Source: a candidate division FCPU426 bacterium (GTDB lineage: Bacteria; Oederibacteriota; Muellerivitia; Muellerivitales; Muellerivitaceae). Taken from it: a stretch of 64,000 bases of DNA. This document shows, piece after piece, positions 27,277-37,596 of this stretch (position 1 is the stretch's first letter; every line of letters begins with the position of its first letter). The stretch spans positions 64,001 through 128,000 of the forward strand of contig CAVYSE010000020.1 in NCBI GenBank assembly GCA_963771075.1, given 5' to 3'. A program made the position numbers and the translations under genes. The notes under the pieces are model-generated. The model saw only the letters and a list, made by a program, of their open reading frames with translations. It was not told where the DNA came from and did not search any database.

Positions 27277-29580
27277 ATGGACCTTCAGCCGATCCTGAAC
27301 TCAATGGTTGAAAAAAAGGCATCCGATGTCCATATGAAGGCCGGGGCCCCTCCCATGTTCCGCATTGACGGCGACCTTCAGCCCCAAAGTGAGACCCCGC
27401 TTACCCCCCAGGAATTGGCCGAAGTGGCCTCCTACCTAATGGATGAAAAACAACAACGCACTTTTTTTGAAGAACACCGGGAAGTGGACTTAGCTTACGC
27501 AGTGGAAGGCCTAGCCCGTTTTCGGACGAACGCCATGTGGCAAAGGGGTCTGCCCGAGATCATCATGCGGGTAATTCCCCAGATCATTCCCCGTATTGAG
27601 GACATCAATATGCCCACTGCCGTTCTAAAACAAATCGCTTCAGAACAACGGGGCTTGATCCTTGTTACGGGTATCACCGGATCAGGCAAAAGCACCACAT
27701 TGGCTTCCTTGATCAATGAGATCAACCTGAACCGATCCGCTCATATAGTTACAATCGAGGACCCGATTGAGTTTGTGCACACGGATAAAAAATCAAGTGT
27801 TTCCCAAAGGGAAGTGGGTCTGGATACCGAAAGCTTCAAGTCGGCACTGAAATATGTGTTGCGCCAGGATCCGGATGTCATCCTGATCGGTGAAATGCGT
27901 GATGTGGAGACGGTTTCAGCCGCTATTTCGGCGGCTGAGACGGGACATTTAGTGTTCTCCACCCTTCATACGATGGATTCCATTCAGACCATTGAGCGTA
28001 TCCTTGATTTTTTCCCTCCGACCCAACAAAACCAGATCCGTGTCCAACTTTCGGGAACCATTCGTGCAATCATTTCCCAGCGACTGGTTGGGAAGGCGGA
28101 TGGGGTTGGAGTGGTTCCAGCTTGCGAGATATTGATCGCCACGCCCACCATCAAGTCGCTGATCGGGGAAGGGAAAATCTCCACCATCCGGGGTTTCATC
28201 GCCGAGGGCCACAGCCAGTATGGCATGCAGACATTTGACCAGTCCCTGATCGAATTGGTCCGAAAAGGCATGATCACCAAGGAAAACGCCATGGAACAGG
28301 CCACTTCCCCCAGTGAAATTGACCTGGGGTTAAAAGGGATTTCCTCTTCCAAAGCCTCAGCCCAATCCCTTATTTCCCAGATGGAAAACAGTCAGCAAAA
28401 AGAGCGTTTGAGTGGATGGCTAAAACGCGCCCAGGAACTTTATGGAAAAAATAGAGAGGATGAGGCACGGGCCGAATTGCGGCGAATCCTACAGGAACAG
28501 CCAGACCATAAGGAAGCCAACGCTCTGATGGCCCGAATCCGGGAAAAGGACGATCAATCCGAAAAGAAAAAGGATGTATCGGGTATCGTTAAAACTGCCC
28601 TTCAAATGTACCGGGAAGGAAAACAACAAGCTTCTATACTGGAGTTTCAAAAAGCCTTGGAATTGGACCCCAGTAATAAACAGGCTGAGGGTTACGTCCG
28701 TTCCATTCGCGCCGAGTTGGAAAATCAAACCAAGGCCAGGGAAATCTTCCAAACAGCACTCCAAGTCCAGCAGTCCGGTGATTTAGCTGCAGCGCTCTCC
28801 CAAGTTGAGCAGGCACTCGCCTTGGATCCAACCCACGAGCAGGCCAAGGTTCTCCAACGTAATTTGAGATTGGCGATTCAAAAGGAACAGGCCAAGGTAA
28901 AAGCGGGTGAATACAGTCAAACGGCGGTGGATTTATATAAAAACGGAGACCTTTTGGGGGCCCTTGTTGCGTGGAACAGGGCTTATGAGTTGAACCCGGA
29001 CTTGGAAGAGGTGGCGCGGTACCTCCATCAGGGTATCCAGAAACTGTTGTCTTTCGGGGTGGAGGGGATCGATTTGAACCCGGAGAAGGAAACTATTTTG
29101 GGCCTTTTTGAACAGGGCGTCCGCAGTTATGTTCGGGGCGATTTCCAAACCGCCATTGAGTTTTTCAAGAAGGCTACGGGGAAGGCCGAAGGTAATACCT
29201 ATCTAGCGGCCTATCTCCAAAAATCAACCCAGATGTTGGAAGACCAGATAAATGATATTTTCCAGGCCGGGTGGCGCGCCCACCAGGCAGGAGAGTGGTT
29301 AAACGCCCAAAAAGAGTATTCCAAGGTTCTCCGCCTTTCTCCTGGGCACCCCGAGGTGGTCCGCCAATTGGGGGAGCTGAAAATTCATATTCAGCAAGAA
29401 TCCGAAAAGCTTTACCAAGAGGGGAAAAAGTCGTTCGAGGCCAACGACACGGATCAAGCCATAAGGGTTTGGGAAAAAATATTGGAATTGGATCCGTCGA
29501 ATGAAAGGGCTTTGAAAAAAATCGAGGAGGCCAAATTGAAAAAAAACACCCTCAGTGGCATCTTCTCGAAGATAGGTTAG
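27277..29580 (+). CDS. pilT: PilT/PilU-family pilus retraction ATPase with ~400-aa TPR extension
   Basis: ASDVH, GITGSGKS, TIEDPIE, LRQDPDVILIGEMRD, AETGHLVFSTLH, GMQTFDQ, then TPR repeats (ALELDP). Confidence 0.88.
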   Translation: MDLQPILNSMVEKKASDVHMKAGAPPMFRIDGDLQPQSETPLTPQELAEVASYLMDEKQQRTFFEEHREVDLAYAVEGLARFRTNAMWQRGLPEIIMRVIPQIIPRIEDINMPTAVLKQIASEQRGLILVTGITGSGKSTTLASLINEINLNRSAHIVTIEDPIEFVHTDKKSSVSQREVGLDTESFKSALKYVLRQDPDVILIGEMRDVETVSAAISAAETGHLVFSTLHTMDSIQTIERILDFFPPTQQNQIRVQLSGTIRAIISQRLVGKADGVGVVPACEILIATPTIKSLIGEGKISTIRGFIAEGHSQYGMQTFDQSLIELVRKGMITKENAMEQATSPSEIDLGLKGISSSKASAQSLISQMENSQQKERLSGWLKRAQELYGKNREDEARAELRRILQEQPDHKEANALMARIREKDDQSEKKKDVSGIVKTALQMYREGKQQASILEFQKALELDPSNKQAEGYVRSIRAELENQTKAREIFQTALQVQQSGDLAAALSQVEQALALDPTHEQAKVLQRNLRLAIQKEQAKVKAGEYSQTAVDLYKNGDLLGALVAWNRAYELNPDLEEVARYLHQGIQKLLSFGVEGIDLNPEKETILGLFEQGVRSYVRGDFQTAIEFFKKATGKAEGNTYLAAYLQKSTQMLEDQINDIFQAGWRAHQAGEWLNAQKEYSKVLRLSPGHPEVVRQLGELKIHIQQESEKLYQEGKKSFEANDTDQAIRVWEKILELDPSNERALKKIEEAKLKKNTLSGIFSKIG

Positions 29581-29593
29581 GAAAGGGAATAAC

Positions 29594-29995
29594 ATGAAAA
29601 CACTTATCGTATTGGGGGGGATCCTCATCCTCGTTTTGGCCGTGTTTTTGAATGCGAAGATGCTCGCCGAACAGGCGGAGCAATGGGTCAAGAACAATCC
29701 GAAAGATCCACACGCGCCAGAGGTTCTTTATTACGCCGCCCGTTATTGCGATATCTTGGGCGATAACGCAAAGGCCCAATCCGTTTATTGGGAAGTTTAC
29801 CAGCAGTACCCGGAAAATTCAGCCTTGTGTGCCGCTTCCCTCTATTATGAAGCCGACAATAAGGTCGAGACGTCCGCCGCTACGAGAAACTACGCGATAC
29901 CCATCCTGGATATCGTGCTTAACCAATATTCAAGTGAGGAGGAATGGGTGCAAAAGGCAAAAGCTCTCAGGGACCAGGTGACTTATGTTCGATAA
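29594..29995 (+). CDS. Small membrane-anchored TPR-like hypothetical protein
   Basis: Hydrophobic N-terminus; NPKDPHAPEVLY...QQYPENS resembles YbgF/BamD-type TPR; RBS present. Confidence 0.6.
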   Translation: MKTLIVLGGILILVLAVFLNAKMLAEQAEQWVKNNPKDPHAPEVLYYAARYCDILGDNAKAQSVYWEVYQQYPENSALCAASLYYEADNKVETSAATRNYAIPILDIVLNQYSSEEEWVQKAKALRDQVTYVR

Positions 29996-31178
29996 CATTT
30001 TTAAAAGGGAAGCTTTCGCTTTCGCGCTTTTTCTTTTATTGGCCAATGTCAACTTCGCCATCGCCAAGACCATTGAGGTAGAGGTGGACGGGGATGAATC
30101 GGCGACACCCACCTTGACATCTGAAACTGTGAGCTTCACGCCCACTGTTGCTTTACCGGTTGGCAGGGCCACCGGCGCGGATTCTATCTCTGCCGCGACT
30201 AGCACGGTGACTCCACGGTTTTCCTTATCTTCTCCGACTGGTACGGCTACTATCGCGAGTTCTGTTCCTGCCGCGACAAATACGGCGACTCCAGAACTTT
30301 CCGAACCTTCTGCGACGAATACTCCGACTCAAGAACTTTCGGATGATTCAGCGAATACCGAGGAAACACCTACCCCTACACCAATCCTGGAGCCTTCGCC
30401 CACGGACACTGAGACGGTGGTTCCGAAAAAGGAGCCTGTTCAGGCCCCCGCACGGACAGTGCCTTCGTTAAAGTTAAAAAGGGTTCGTGCAGCGCAGGAC
30501 ATCAGCTTTTATTCTTTCCTTTCTTCCGGGTTCGTGGTTATGGATTCGGAGCCTAGGGAAATTCTGGGATTGGTGTATGCCTTTGAAGGCGACCCCATGA
30601 GCTATAGCCAGCCCTCGGAAGCCCATGTCAAGCTTGATCATCCAACACGCTCCAAGGTGGGCGACCTGCTCACGATTTATCACCTATACAAAAAATCGTT
30701 GGACAATTCCGAGCTTGGTTTTCAGGGGTCATGGGCGGAAATTCAAGCGGTCGTGCAGATCCAGGAAATCATCAAGGATATGGCTCGAGTTAAAATCATC
30801 GAAGGTTTTCAGCCTTTTTCCAATGGGGACATGGCGCGGGATTGCGGTATCGACGTGAAACGCTGGAAAAAAGCCCAAACCAAGAAAAATCTGCCTTTGG
30901 CCGATATTTCCTGCTCCGTGGCGGGCGGCTATCCATTGAACGTCCAATACAAGCAAACGGATACCATCGTGCTAACGGCTGGAAGTGATAAGGGTTTGGT
31001 GGAAGGAATGGTGTTTGAATTAGACCGCAAAACCGATCGGGGATTGGAGGGAAACCCACTATTCAATCCCCTCGGATTCGCCGAGGTTTTTTTCTGCGGA
31101 AATCAATACAGCTTGGCGCGTGTTACGGAGTCCAGGGATGGCATCCAGAAGGGATTCGCGGCCTTCTACCGGCCCTGA
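29985..31178 (+). CDS. Exported protein with T/P/S-rich linker and TsaP/FlgT-C-like beta domains
   Basis: Signal peptide, ~130-aa low-complexity linker, then KVGDLLTIY...ARVKIIEG and GSDKGLVEGMVF...SLARVTESRDGI, resembling the C-terminal domains of LysM/TsaP proteins. Confidence 0.5.
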   Translation: MFDNIFKREAFAFALFLLLANVNFAIAKTIEVEVDGDESATPTLTSETVSFTPTVALPVGRATGADSISAATSTVTPRFSLSSPTGTATIASSVPAATNTATPELSEPSATNTPTQELSDDSANTEETPTPTPILEPSPTDTETVVPKKEPVQAPARTVPSLKLKRVRAAQDISFYSFLSSGFVVMDSEPREILGLVYAFEGDPMSYSQPSEAHVKLDHPTRSKVGDLLTIYHLYKKSLDNSELGFQGSWAEIQAVVQIQEIIKDMARVKIIEGFQPFSNGDMARDCGIDVKRWKKAQTKKNLPLADISCSVAGGYPLNVQYKQTDTIVLTAGSDKGLVEGMVFELDRKTDRGLEGNPLFNPLGFAEVFFCGNQYSLARVTESRDGIQKGFAAFYRP

Positions 31179-31187
31179 AAAAGCCCA

Positions 31188-32075
31188 TTGACCCTCCAAC
31201 CATCGTCCGGCCCGCCCTCGAATCCGGCGCCGGAAGAAGACATGCATCTACAGGGAATTATGAAGCACCTCTTTGCGGCAAAAGGTTTCGACGCTTCCAG
31301 GTACAAACGAAACTACATCAAACGCAGGATCGCCGTCCGGATGAGGGCGACGGGTTCAGGGACTTACGAGGAATACGGCCGCTTCTTGCGGCGCAAGCCA
31401 TCCGAGATGAGTCTTCTGTTGGACCGATTGACCATTCACGTGACCGGTTTTTTCCGCGATCAGGCAGTTTTCCGGGCGTTGCGGGAAAGGGTATTTTCCA
31501 ATCCGACGAAAGGAGATCTTTTCAAGGTGTGGTCAGCCGGATGCAGCACCGGCGAGGAGGCCTATTCAACAGCTATCGCGCTTAAGAATTGGGCCTTGGA
31601 TCATCCTCCCTTCCCGTTTGAAATTTGGGCCACGGATATCGATCCTCAAAGCGTTCAAACGGCCGAAAAAGCTCAATACCCGGTTGAGGCCCTCTCCCAG
31701 GTGGATCGGGCCAGCCTGTCACGATGGTTTTACACCCAACAAGATAAGGCGGGAATCGTGGAGGAACTGAGGAAAAATGTCCGTTTTAGGACTCATGATT
31801 TACTGGGAGGATGGCCATCGGACTTGGATGGGTTTGACCTGGTCCTTTGCCGAAACGTGATGATTTATATGACCGCGTCCCAACAGCAAATTCTTTACCA
31901 CAAATTCGCAAAAGCGCTAGTTCCCGGCGGCTTTTTGGTGTTGGGTCTGACCGAAACGCTCATGGGCAAGGCTCGAGAGTTGTTTCATTGCGTGGACGTG
32001 AAACACCGAATCTATCGGGCTCATCTGGAATCTCCGGATCAGGGTGGTGTGCTGGGGGAGGAATCCTTTGGATAG
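31188..32075 (+). CDS. cheR: Chemotaxis protein methyltransferase
   Basis: TIHVTGFFRD, VWSAGCSTGEEAYS, ATDID, FDLVLCRNVMIY, GGFLVLG. Confidence 0.95.
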   Translation: MTLQPSSGPPSNPAPEEDMHLQGIMKHLFAAKGFDASRYKRNYIKRRIAVRMRATGSGTYEEYGRFLRRKPSEMSLLLDRLTIHVTGFFRDQAVFRALRERVFSNPTKGDLFKVWSAGCSTGEEAYSTAIALKNWALDHPPFPFEIWATDIDPQSVQTAEKAQYPVEALSQVDRASLSRWFYTQQDKAGIVEELRKNVRFRTHDLLGGWPSDLDGFDLVLCRNVMIYMTASQQQILYHKFAKALVPGGFLVLGLTETLMGKARELFHCVDVKHRIYRAHLESPDQGGVLGEESFG

Positions 32076-33246
32076 GGCCCAAGATCACATCAACCTGGGA
32101 ACGGCTTTTTCCATTTCAAAGAGGTATGAGGACGCCATCGTTGAATTCCGTAAGGCGCTGGAATTAAGCCCTTCGGACGGTGAAATCCTTTTTCAATTGG
32201 GCGGGCTTTGTACCAACCTGGGTCGGTATGACGAAGCTAAAGACTTTTACAGGCGGGCCCTGGAGATTAACCCCATGAACCTCAATGCCCACTGTAAGTT
32301 GGGGCTTTTGCTGGAGGCGGAGGGAAAGTACGAGGAAGCGGTGGTGGAGTTCGGAAAGGCCCTGGAGTTGAATCCCGCGGACGCGGGGCTCCACAATAAT
32401 CTGGGCAATGTGTTGGCCAAGATGGGCCGTTATCCGCAGGCGCTCGAACAGTACCGGAGCTATACTGCCATTAATCCTAAGAACGCTGAAATCTTTTTTA
32501 AAATGGGGTTTGCCCATGAGCAGACGGGGGAACTGGATGCTGCCATTGACGATTACGGCCAGGCCCTCAAAATCAATCCGCGTCACGCGGCGGTTCACGC
32601 TATTTTAGGAAACGCCCTTTCGAAGAGGGGAAAATTCAACGAGGCTCTGGCCTGCTACGAGGAGGCCTTGCGTTTGAATCCCCAGGAGCCTGAGGTCCAT
32701 TTCCGGATGGGGATCGTGTTGATGAACCTGGGAGATTATGACCAGGCCGAAAAAATTCTAGAACATGCGGTCCAACGGAATCCGCTCAACGCCGAGGTTT
32801 ATTTGAAACTAGGAATGATCCACGCCGGGCGAGGTCGGCACGAGGAAGCGATCCGCATGTACAAGAAAGTCATGGAGATCAACCCTCATGACGCCAGTGT
32901 TCACAATGTTCTGGGCTACATATACGATAAGCAAGGTGATTCAGAAAGGGCCATGGAGGAGTACATGGCGGCAAAGGCTCTAAATCCGAACGATCTCGTG
33001 ATTCTTGATAATCTTGGAAATATTCTCTATAAAAGTGGGAAATTCGATGAGGCGGTTGAGAACTACGCCCGAGTTGTCGCCCTAAACCCGGTGAATGGGG
33101 ATGCGCACGCGAAACTGGGGAATCTTTACCTAAAAAAAGGGCAAAAAGGCCTGGCGATCGAACATTGGGAAAAGGCCCTCGCTTTGGAACCCCACAACGA
33201 GATCCTCAAGAATAACCTGAAATTCGTCAAGGGAACCGCGGAATGA
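32068..33246 (+). CDS. TPR-repeat protein (about 11 repeats)
   Basis: Continuous 34-aa repeats (ALELNP...HNNLG); GGAGG before TTG 32068. Confidence 0.9.
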   Translation: MDRAQDHINLGTAFSISKRYEDAIVEFRKALELSPSDGEILFQLGGLCTNLGRYDEAKDFYRRALEINPMNLNAHCKLGLLLEAEGKYEEAVVEFGKALELNPADAGLHNNLGNVLAKMGRYPQALEQYRSYTAINPKNAEIFFKMGFAHEQTGELDAAIDDYGQALKINPRHAAVHAILGNALSKRGKFNEALACYEEALRLNPQEPEVHFRMGIVLMNLGDYDQAEKILEHAVQRNPLNAEVYLKLGMIHAGRGRHEEAIRMYKKVMEINPHDASVHNVLGYIYDKQGDSERAMEEYMAAKALNPNDLVILDNLGNILYKSGKFDEAVENYARVVALNPVNGDAHAKLGNLYLKKGQKGLAIEHWEKALALEPHNEILKNNLKFVKGTAE

Positions 33247-33881
33247 GTCCCTTGCACCAAGAGAAATCCCTGGGGGAACTTCTGCGGCAAGCGGGCAAGA
33301 TCACCTCCCGGCAGATTCAGGTGGCCCTGGTCGAGCAACGAAAAAGCCATGAACCCATTGGCAAGGTCCTCGTTCGTTTGGGCTTTGTGGAAGAAAAGGA
33401 TATTTTGCAGGTGATGCAGGGCCTGTCCACGCTGACCTTCGTGGTGGGAGGGGAACTTTTCGGGGTGGAAACATTCCGGGCGAGAGAAGTTTTGAAGTAC
33501 GCACCCTTTAAACCCCTTCAGGGAGGTGGAGTTTGGGTCGGCTTTTGTCCCATCCACTCGATGGAAGTGCCTATCCTGTCGCTCAGGAGGGTCTTGGGTT
33601 TGGAGGATTTTCCCAATTCCGCCGCTACTTGGTTCGTTTTTTTGGATATCCGGGGAGTTCCATTCATCATCTGGGTCGATCGGGTCAGGGAAGTGATCCG
33701 TTTCAGGGTGGACCAAATTGAATCACCGCCGCCATATCTTTTTGGAAAAAAATCCGATTTGTTTTATTGTTTAGGTAAAATAAAAGACGATCTTTACTCC
33801 ATCTTGAACCCTGAAAAATTACTGGAAGAGGGGCCTATTCCGCCCCCCCTCCCAAGGGAAAATTATGCCGACCCGGTCTGA
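33243..33881 (+). CDS. CheW-like protein with N-terminal MshEN-like c-di-GMP-binding motif
   Basis: SLGELLRQAGKITSRQIQVALVEQ...PIGKVLVRLGFV followed by a CheW fold (LTFVVGGELFGV...REVL...VPILSLRRVLGL...VDRVREV). Confidence 0.75.
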   Translation: MSPLHQEKSLGELLRQAGKITSRQIQVALVEQRKSHEPIGKVLVRLGFVEEKDILQVMQGLSTLTFVVGGELFGVETFRAREVLKYAPFKPLQGGGVWVGFCPIHSMEVPILSLRRVLGLEDFPNSAATWFVFLDIRGVPFIIWVDRVREVIRFRVDQIESPPPYLFGKKSDLFYCLGKIKDDLYSILNPEKLLEEGPIPPPLPRENYADPV

Positions 33882-36076
33882 TATAAAAACAATCCGCGAA
33901 ATGGCCAATGGATCCGACCAAGGGGATGCTTCCACCCATAACAACCTGGGCGTTTTTTATTATTCCAAAGGAATGTCTGCAGAAGCTCTCAAGGAGTTTC
34001 GGACCGCGCTGGAGGTGGATCCAGAGAATACCCAGGCCCTTGAGAATTTGAAGTCCGTCAACCGGCAGACGGGCCTTTATGACCGCACCCTGGAAGCCTA
34101 TAAAAAATCGGTCCAGCTATTTCCCTCCGATTCAGAAGCGGTCTATAACTTGGCAAACGCATACCGCTATACCGGCCAATTTGAGAATGCCGCGGAGTGT
34201 TACCGCAAGACCTTGGAACTGAATCCCGATCATCCTTTTGCCCGTAATTACCTGGGTATTTGTTTCAAGTGCTTGGGGCTCCTGGATGACGCGGTCAGGG
34301 AGTTCCAGCAGGCCATCGAATCCAATCCTTATTTCGCCGACCTCCACAACCACCTGGGGGAAGTTTATTACAAGAAGGCCATGATCAATGAGGCCCTGAT
34401 CGAGTTTAAAAAGGCCATCTCGCTGAGCCCGGATTACCCCAGCGCCCATTACAACCTCAGTTTCGTGTACGGGGACAAAAATATGCTGGAGGAGGCGGAA
34501 CGGGAATTCAAACGGGCAGTGGACCTCAACCCTAATTTTGGACAAGGCGCGCAGGCCCTTCTTTCCATTGAACGCTCCAAAACGATGGAAGAAAGGGTCG
34601 CGGAGCAAGTCGCCGCCCAACCGCCCGCCTCGTCGGCGGAAACCTTTATGAGCTTGGCCGCAGCCTACAAGGGGAAGGGGCTCTTGGACGAGGCCGTCCG
34701 GGAATACAAACGCGCCATTGAATTGAATCCCACCGAGGAAAGGCTTTACCGGGCACTGGGGGAAATTCTGCTGCAAAAAGGCTTGGTGGTGGACGCTCTT
34801 CAAGCCTTTCAAAAGGCGGTCGCGCTCGCCCCGAACAACGTCGAGAATCATATCCAGAGTGGAGTGGCCCTCCGGGAACTCAACCGGAATGAGGCCGCTG
34901 CGGAGGAATTCCAAAAGGCGATCGATCTTATGCCGGGGTCGAGCATGGCCCATTTTGAGATGGGAGTGACCTATTTTAAGATGGGTGAGAGCGAGAAGGC
35001 CACCCGGGAGGTCCGGGGCGCGCTGGAATTGGACCCGCGGAACGCGGAAGCCCACTACTATCTCGGGGTTTATTATTACAAAGTAAACCTCTTTGAGGAA
35101 GCGATCCGCGAAATCACCCTGGCCATGGAGCAAAATGTTTCCATCGCATCCAGCGCGGAGGCCTTGACCTACCTGGGTCTGGCCTTGGCGGATAAGGGCC
35201 GCTTTGAGGAAGCAATCGCGGAATATAAAAAGGCCCTGGAGTTCGACCCGAAAAATTCAATCATTCATAATTCTCTAGGCGTGGCCTACAAGAACGCCAA
35301 TCAGATGCCCGAGGCCATCCGCAGTTACCTCCGCGCCATCGAGTTGAACCCCCGGTACGCCAAGGCCTTTAACAACCTCGGTGTGGTGTATTTCAAGCAA
35401 AGCCAGTACGAGAAGGCGATTGAGTGCTTCCGAAAAGCCGTTGAAATTGAACCGGACTATAAAACCGCTCAAAATAACCTAGCGGTGGCCCTCAAAAAAA
35501 AGAATGTCCTGGTTGAGGCCTCCGAGGCGCTCATCAAGCAAATCATGGCCGACCCGGAGAACGCTTCCCTCCACCAGAACCTAGGTCTTCTATATAAGAA
35601 CACAGGCCAATATCCAGAGGCGATGCGCGAATTCACCGAAGCCATCCGGATTTCCCCTAAAAGCCGGGACGCCCTGACCCAACTAGGCGAGACTCACTTG
35701 CTCCTGGGCCAAATGGACGAGGCAGTGAAGGTCTTGGCGAAAGCCGTTTCCTGCGATCCCGCCCACCCGGAAGCGCATTTGCAACTCGGGAAAGTCTATA
35801 TCCGCCGGGGTTGGTGGGATGAGGCCCAGGTGGAGATGAAGAAAGCCCAGAACGTTAAAACCCGATCTGACCGAGATCCATTTTCACTTGGGCCAGATCT
35901 ACCGTTCCAAAAGCTGGTGGGATGAGGCGCTCAGGGAATTTCGGCTTTACTTGGATACGCCCACGCCTGAGGAGGATAAAGGCTCTCAGGCGATCGAGTG
36001 GATCCGTCAAATCCAGGTATGGAAATCCGAGCTCCAGGTTTCGCCGTCTGCCGGCCAATCCAAGTTGATCAAGTAA
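33865..36076 (+). CDS. Long TPR-repeat protein, frameshifted near 35851
   Basis: About 19-20 TPRs; removing one A at 35851-35852 joins ORF 33865-35925 to a continuing TPR (LKPDLTEIHFHLGQIY...) ending 36076. Confidence 0.85.
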
Positions 36077-36086
36077 TAGGAAACCT

Positions 36087-36425
36087 ATGAAACTACTCTT
36101 GTGCATGTTTTCGTCCAAAAAGCTTGAGCCGGTTAAAAAGGCCCTTTGGGAAGCCGGAATCCGGGGCGTGACCCTATCAGACGCCTCCGGCTACGGCTAC
36201 CAACGGGTCCAAGTGGAGTCGGTGCAGGGAACGGATTATAAGGTACAATACCAAGACCGTTTGAGGTTGGAGATCGTTCTTCCTGATGATGAGTTGGAGA
36301 GGGTGGTGGAGCTCCTTTTGGATGTCATTCGAACGGGCCGCATAGGGGATGGGAAAATATTCGTCCTTCCCGTGGAAGACGTGATACGTGTACGTACCGG
36401 TGAGAGGGGCGAGAACGCCCTATAA
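36087..36425 (+). CDS. glnB: P-II family signal transduction protein (divergent)
   Basis: 112 aa colinear with GlnB/K; TGRIGDGKIFVLPVEDVIRVRTGERG; Tyr51 and Gln39 kept. Confidence 0.88.
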   Translation: MKLLLCMFSSKKLEPVKKALWEAGIRGVTLSDASGYGYQRVQVESVQGTDYKVQYQDRLRLEIVLPDDELERVVELLLDVIRTGRIGDGKIFVLPVEDVIRVRTGERGENAL

Positions 36426-36555
36426 AGACGAGCCTTTTTCCTTTCCTTTCAAGAAAGGAGGAGGGCCTTTTCGAGACCCATTCGTGGCTGGCGGGGGTTG
36501 ATCCGGCATTCGGGTTTCGCGTGATGGTGAAATAGTCCTGCTTAGGGAGGAATTC

Positions 36556-36918
36556 GTGGCTCAAAAAATATTATTGGTGGATGACGCATCCTTCATGCGC
36601 ATGATGCTTAAAAATATCCTCGTTGGTGCGGGGTATGAGGTGGCTGGGGAGGCGGAAAACGGGGCCAAGGCCATCGAACAATTCAAGGCCCTAAAGCCGG
36701 ATTTGGCCATCATGGATATCATCATGCCCGAGATGGGCGGGATTGACGCGGTACGAGAAATCGTAAAGATGCAGCCCAGTGCGAAAATTCTAATGTGTAG
36801 TTCGATGGGGCAACAATCACTAGTAGTTGAAGCAATACAGGCCGGGGCAAAAGATTTCATCGTCAAGCCTTTCCAACCCTCCAACGTGCTGGAAGCGGTC
36901 AAGAAAGTCCTCGGCTAA
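36556..36918 (+). CDS. cheY: Chemotaxis response regulator
   Basis: VDDASFMRMML, MDIIMPEMGG, GAKDFIVKPF; Bacillus/Thermotoga-type CheY. Confidence 0.93.
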   Translation: MAQKILLVDDASFMRMMLKNILVGAGYEVAGEAENGAKAIEQFKALKPDLAIMDIIMPEMGGIDAVREIVKMQPSAKILMCSSMGQQSLVVEAIQAGAKDFIVKPFQPSNVLEAVKKVLG

Positions 36919-36957
36919 GCCGAAATCGGGGACGAATCCAGAAAGGTGCGTCGCGCA

Positions 36958-37596
36958 ATGTCGTTCGATTCCCAATCCTTCACTGATTTTCAATTGGATG
37001 CGCTCCGGGAGGTGGGCAACGTTGGGGCCGGGCACGCCGCTACAGCCCTTTCCCAAATGGTGGGGCGGCCCATTGGCATGTCCATCACCCAGGTGCTCAT
37101 ACTGCCCACCGACCAAATCGCTGGCTTCTTGGGCGGGGAAAAAGCGGATGTGGCGGCCGTTTATATGCCGGTTTATGGCGATCTTTGTGGCGTTGTGTTG
37201 ATTTTTTTTCCCTTGGACCTCCTGCCCGATCTGGCGGGACTGCTGTTGAAAAGGGATGTCCTGGCTTCCCAGGAATTGTCCGAGATGGATCGCTCGGCTA
37301 TCAAGGAATTGGGTAGTATCCTAACGGGATCTTATTTAAGCGCCCTTTACCGCTTTATCCATGTCCAAATGATTCACGGTGTTCCTACCCTCGTCGTGGA
37401 CATGGCCCAGGCCATTTTGGACACGGTTTTGGTGGACCTGGAGCAGGACAATGATTTGGCCATCGTGATTGAAACCCGCTTGACCGAAAACGACAGGCAG
37501 CTGACGGGGAGGTTTTTTCTCCTGCCTGAGGTAGGAACCCTTCCCAAATTGTTCAACGCTTTCAATCAATCCATCGAAACGCCCGGCAATGCCTGA
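36958..37596 (+). CDS. cheC: CheY-P phosphatase CheC (copy 1)
   Basis: DALREVGNVGAGHAATALSQM; second site SAIKELGSIL (Asn to Ser). Confidence 0.92.
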   Translation: MSFDSQSFTDFQLDALREVGNVGAGHAATALSQMVGRPIGMSITQVLILPTDQIAGFLGGEKADVAAVYMPVYGDLCGVVLIFFPLDLLPDLAGLLLKRDVLASQELSEMDRSAIKELGSILTGSYLSALYRFIHVQMIHGVPTLVVDMAQAILDTVLVDLEQDNDLAIVIETRLTENDRQLTGRFFLLPEVGTLPKLFNAFNQSIETPGNA

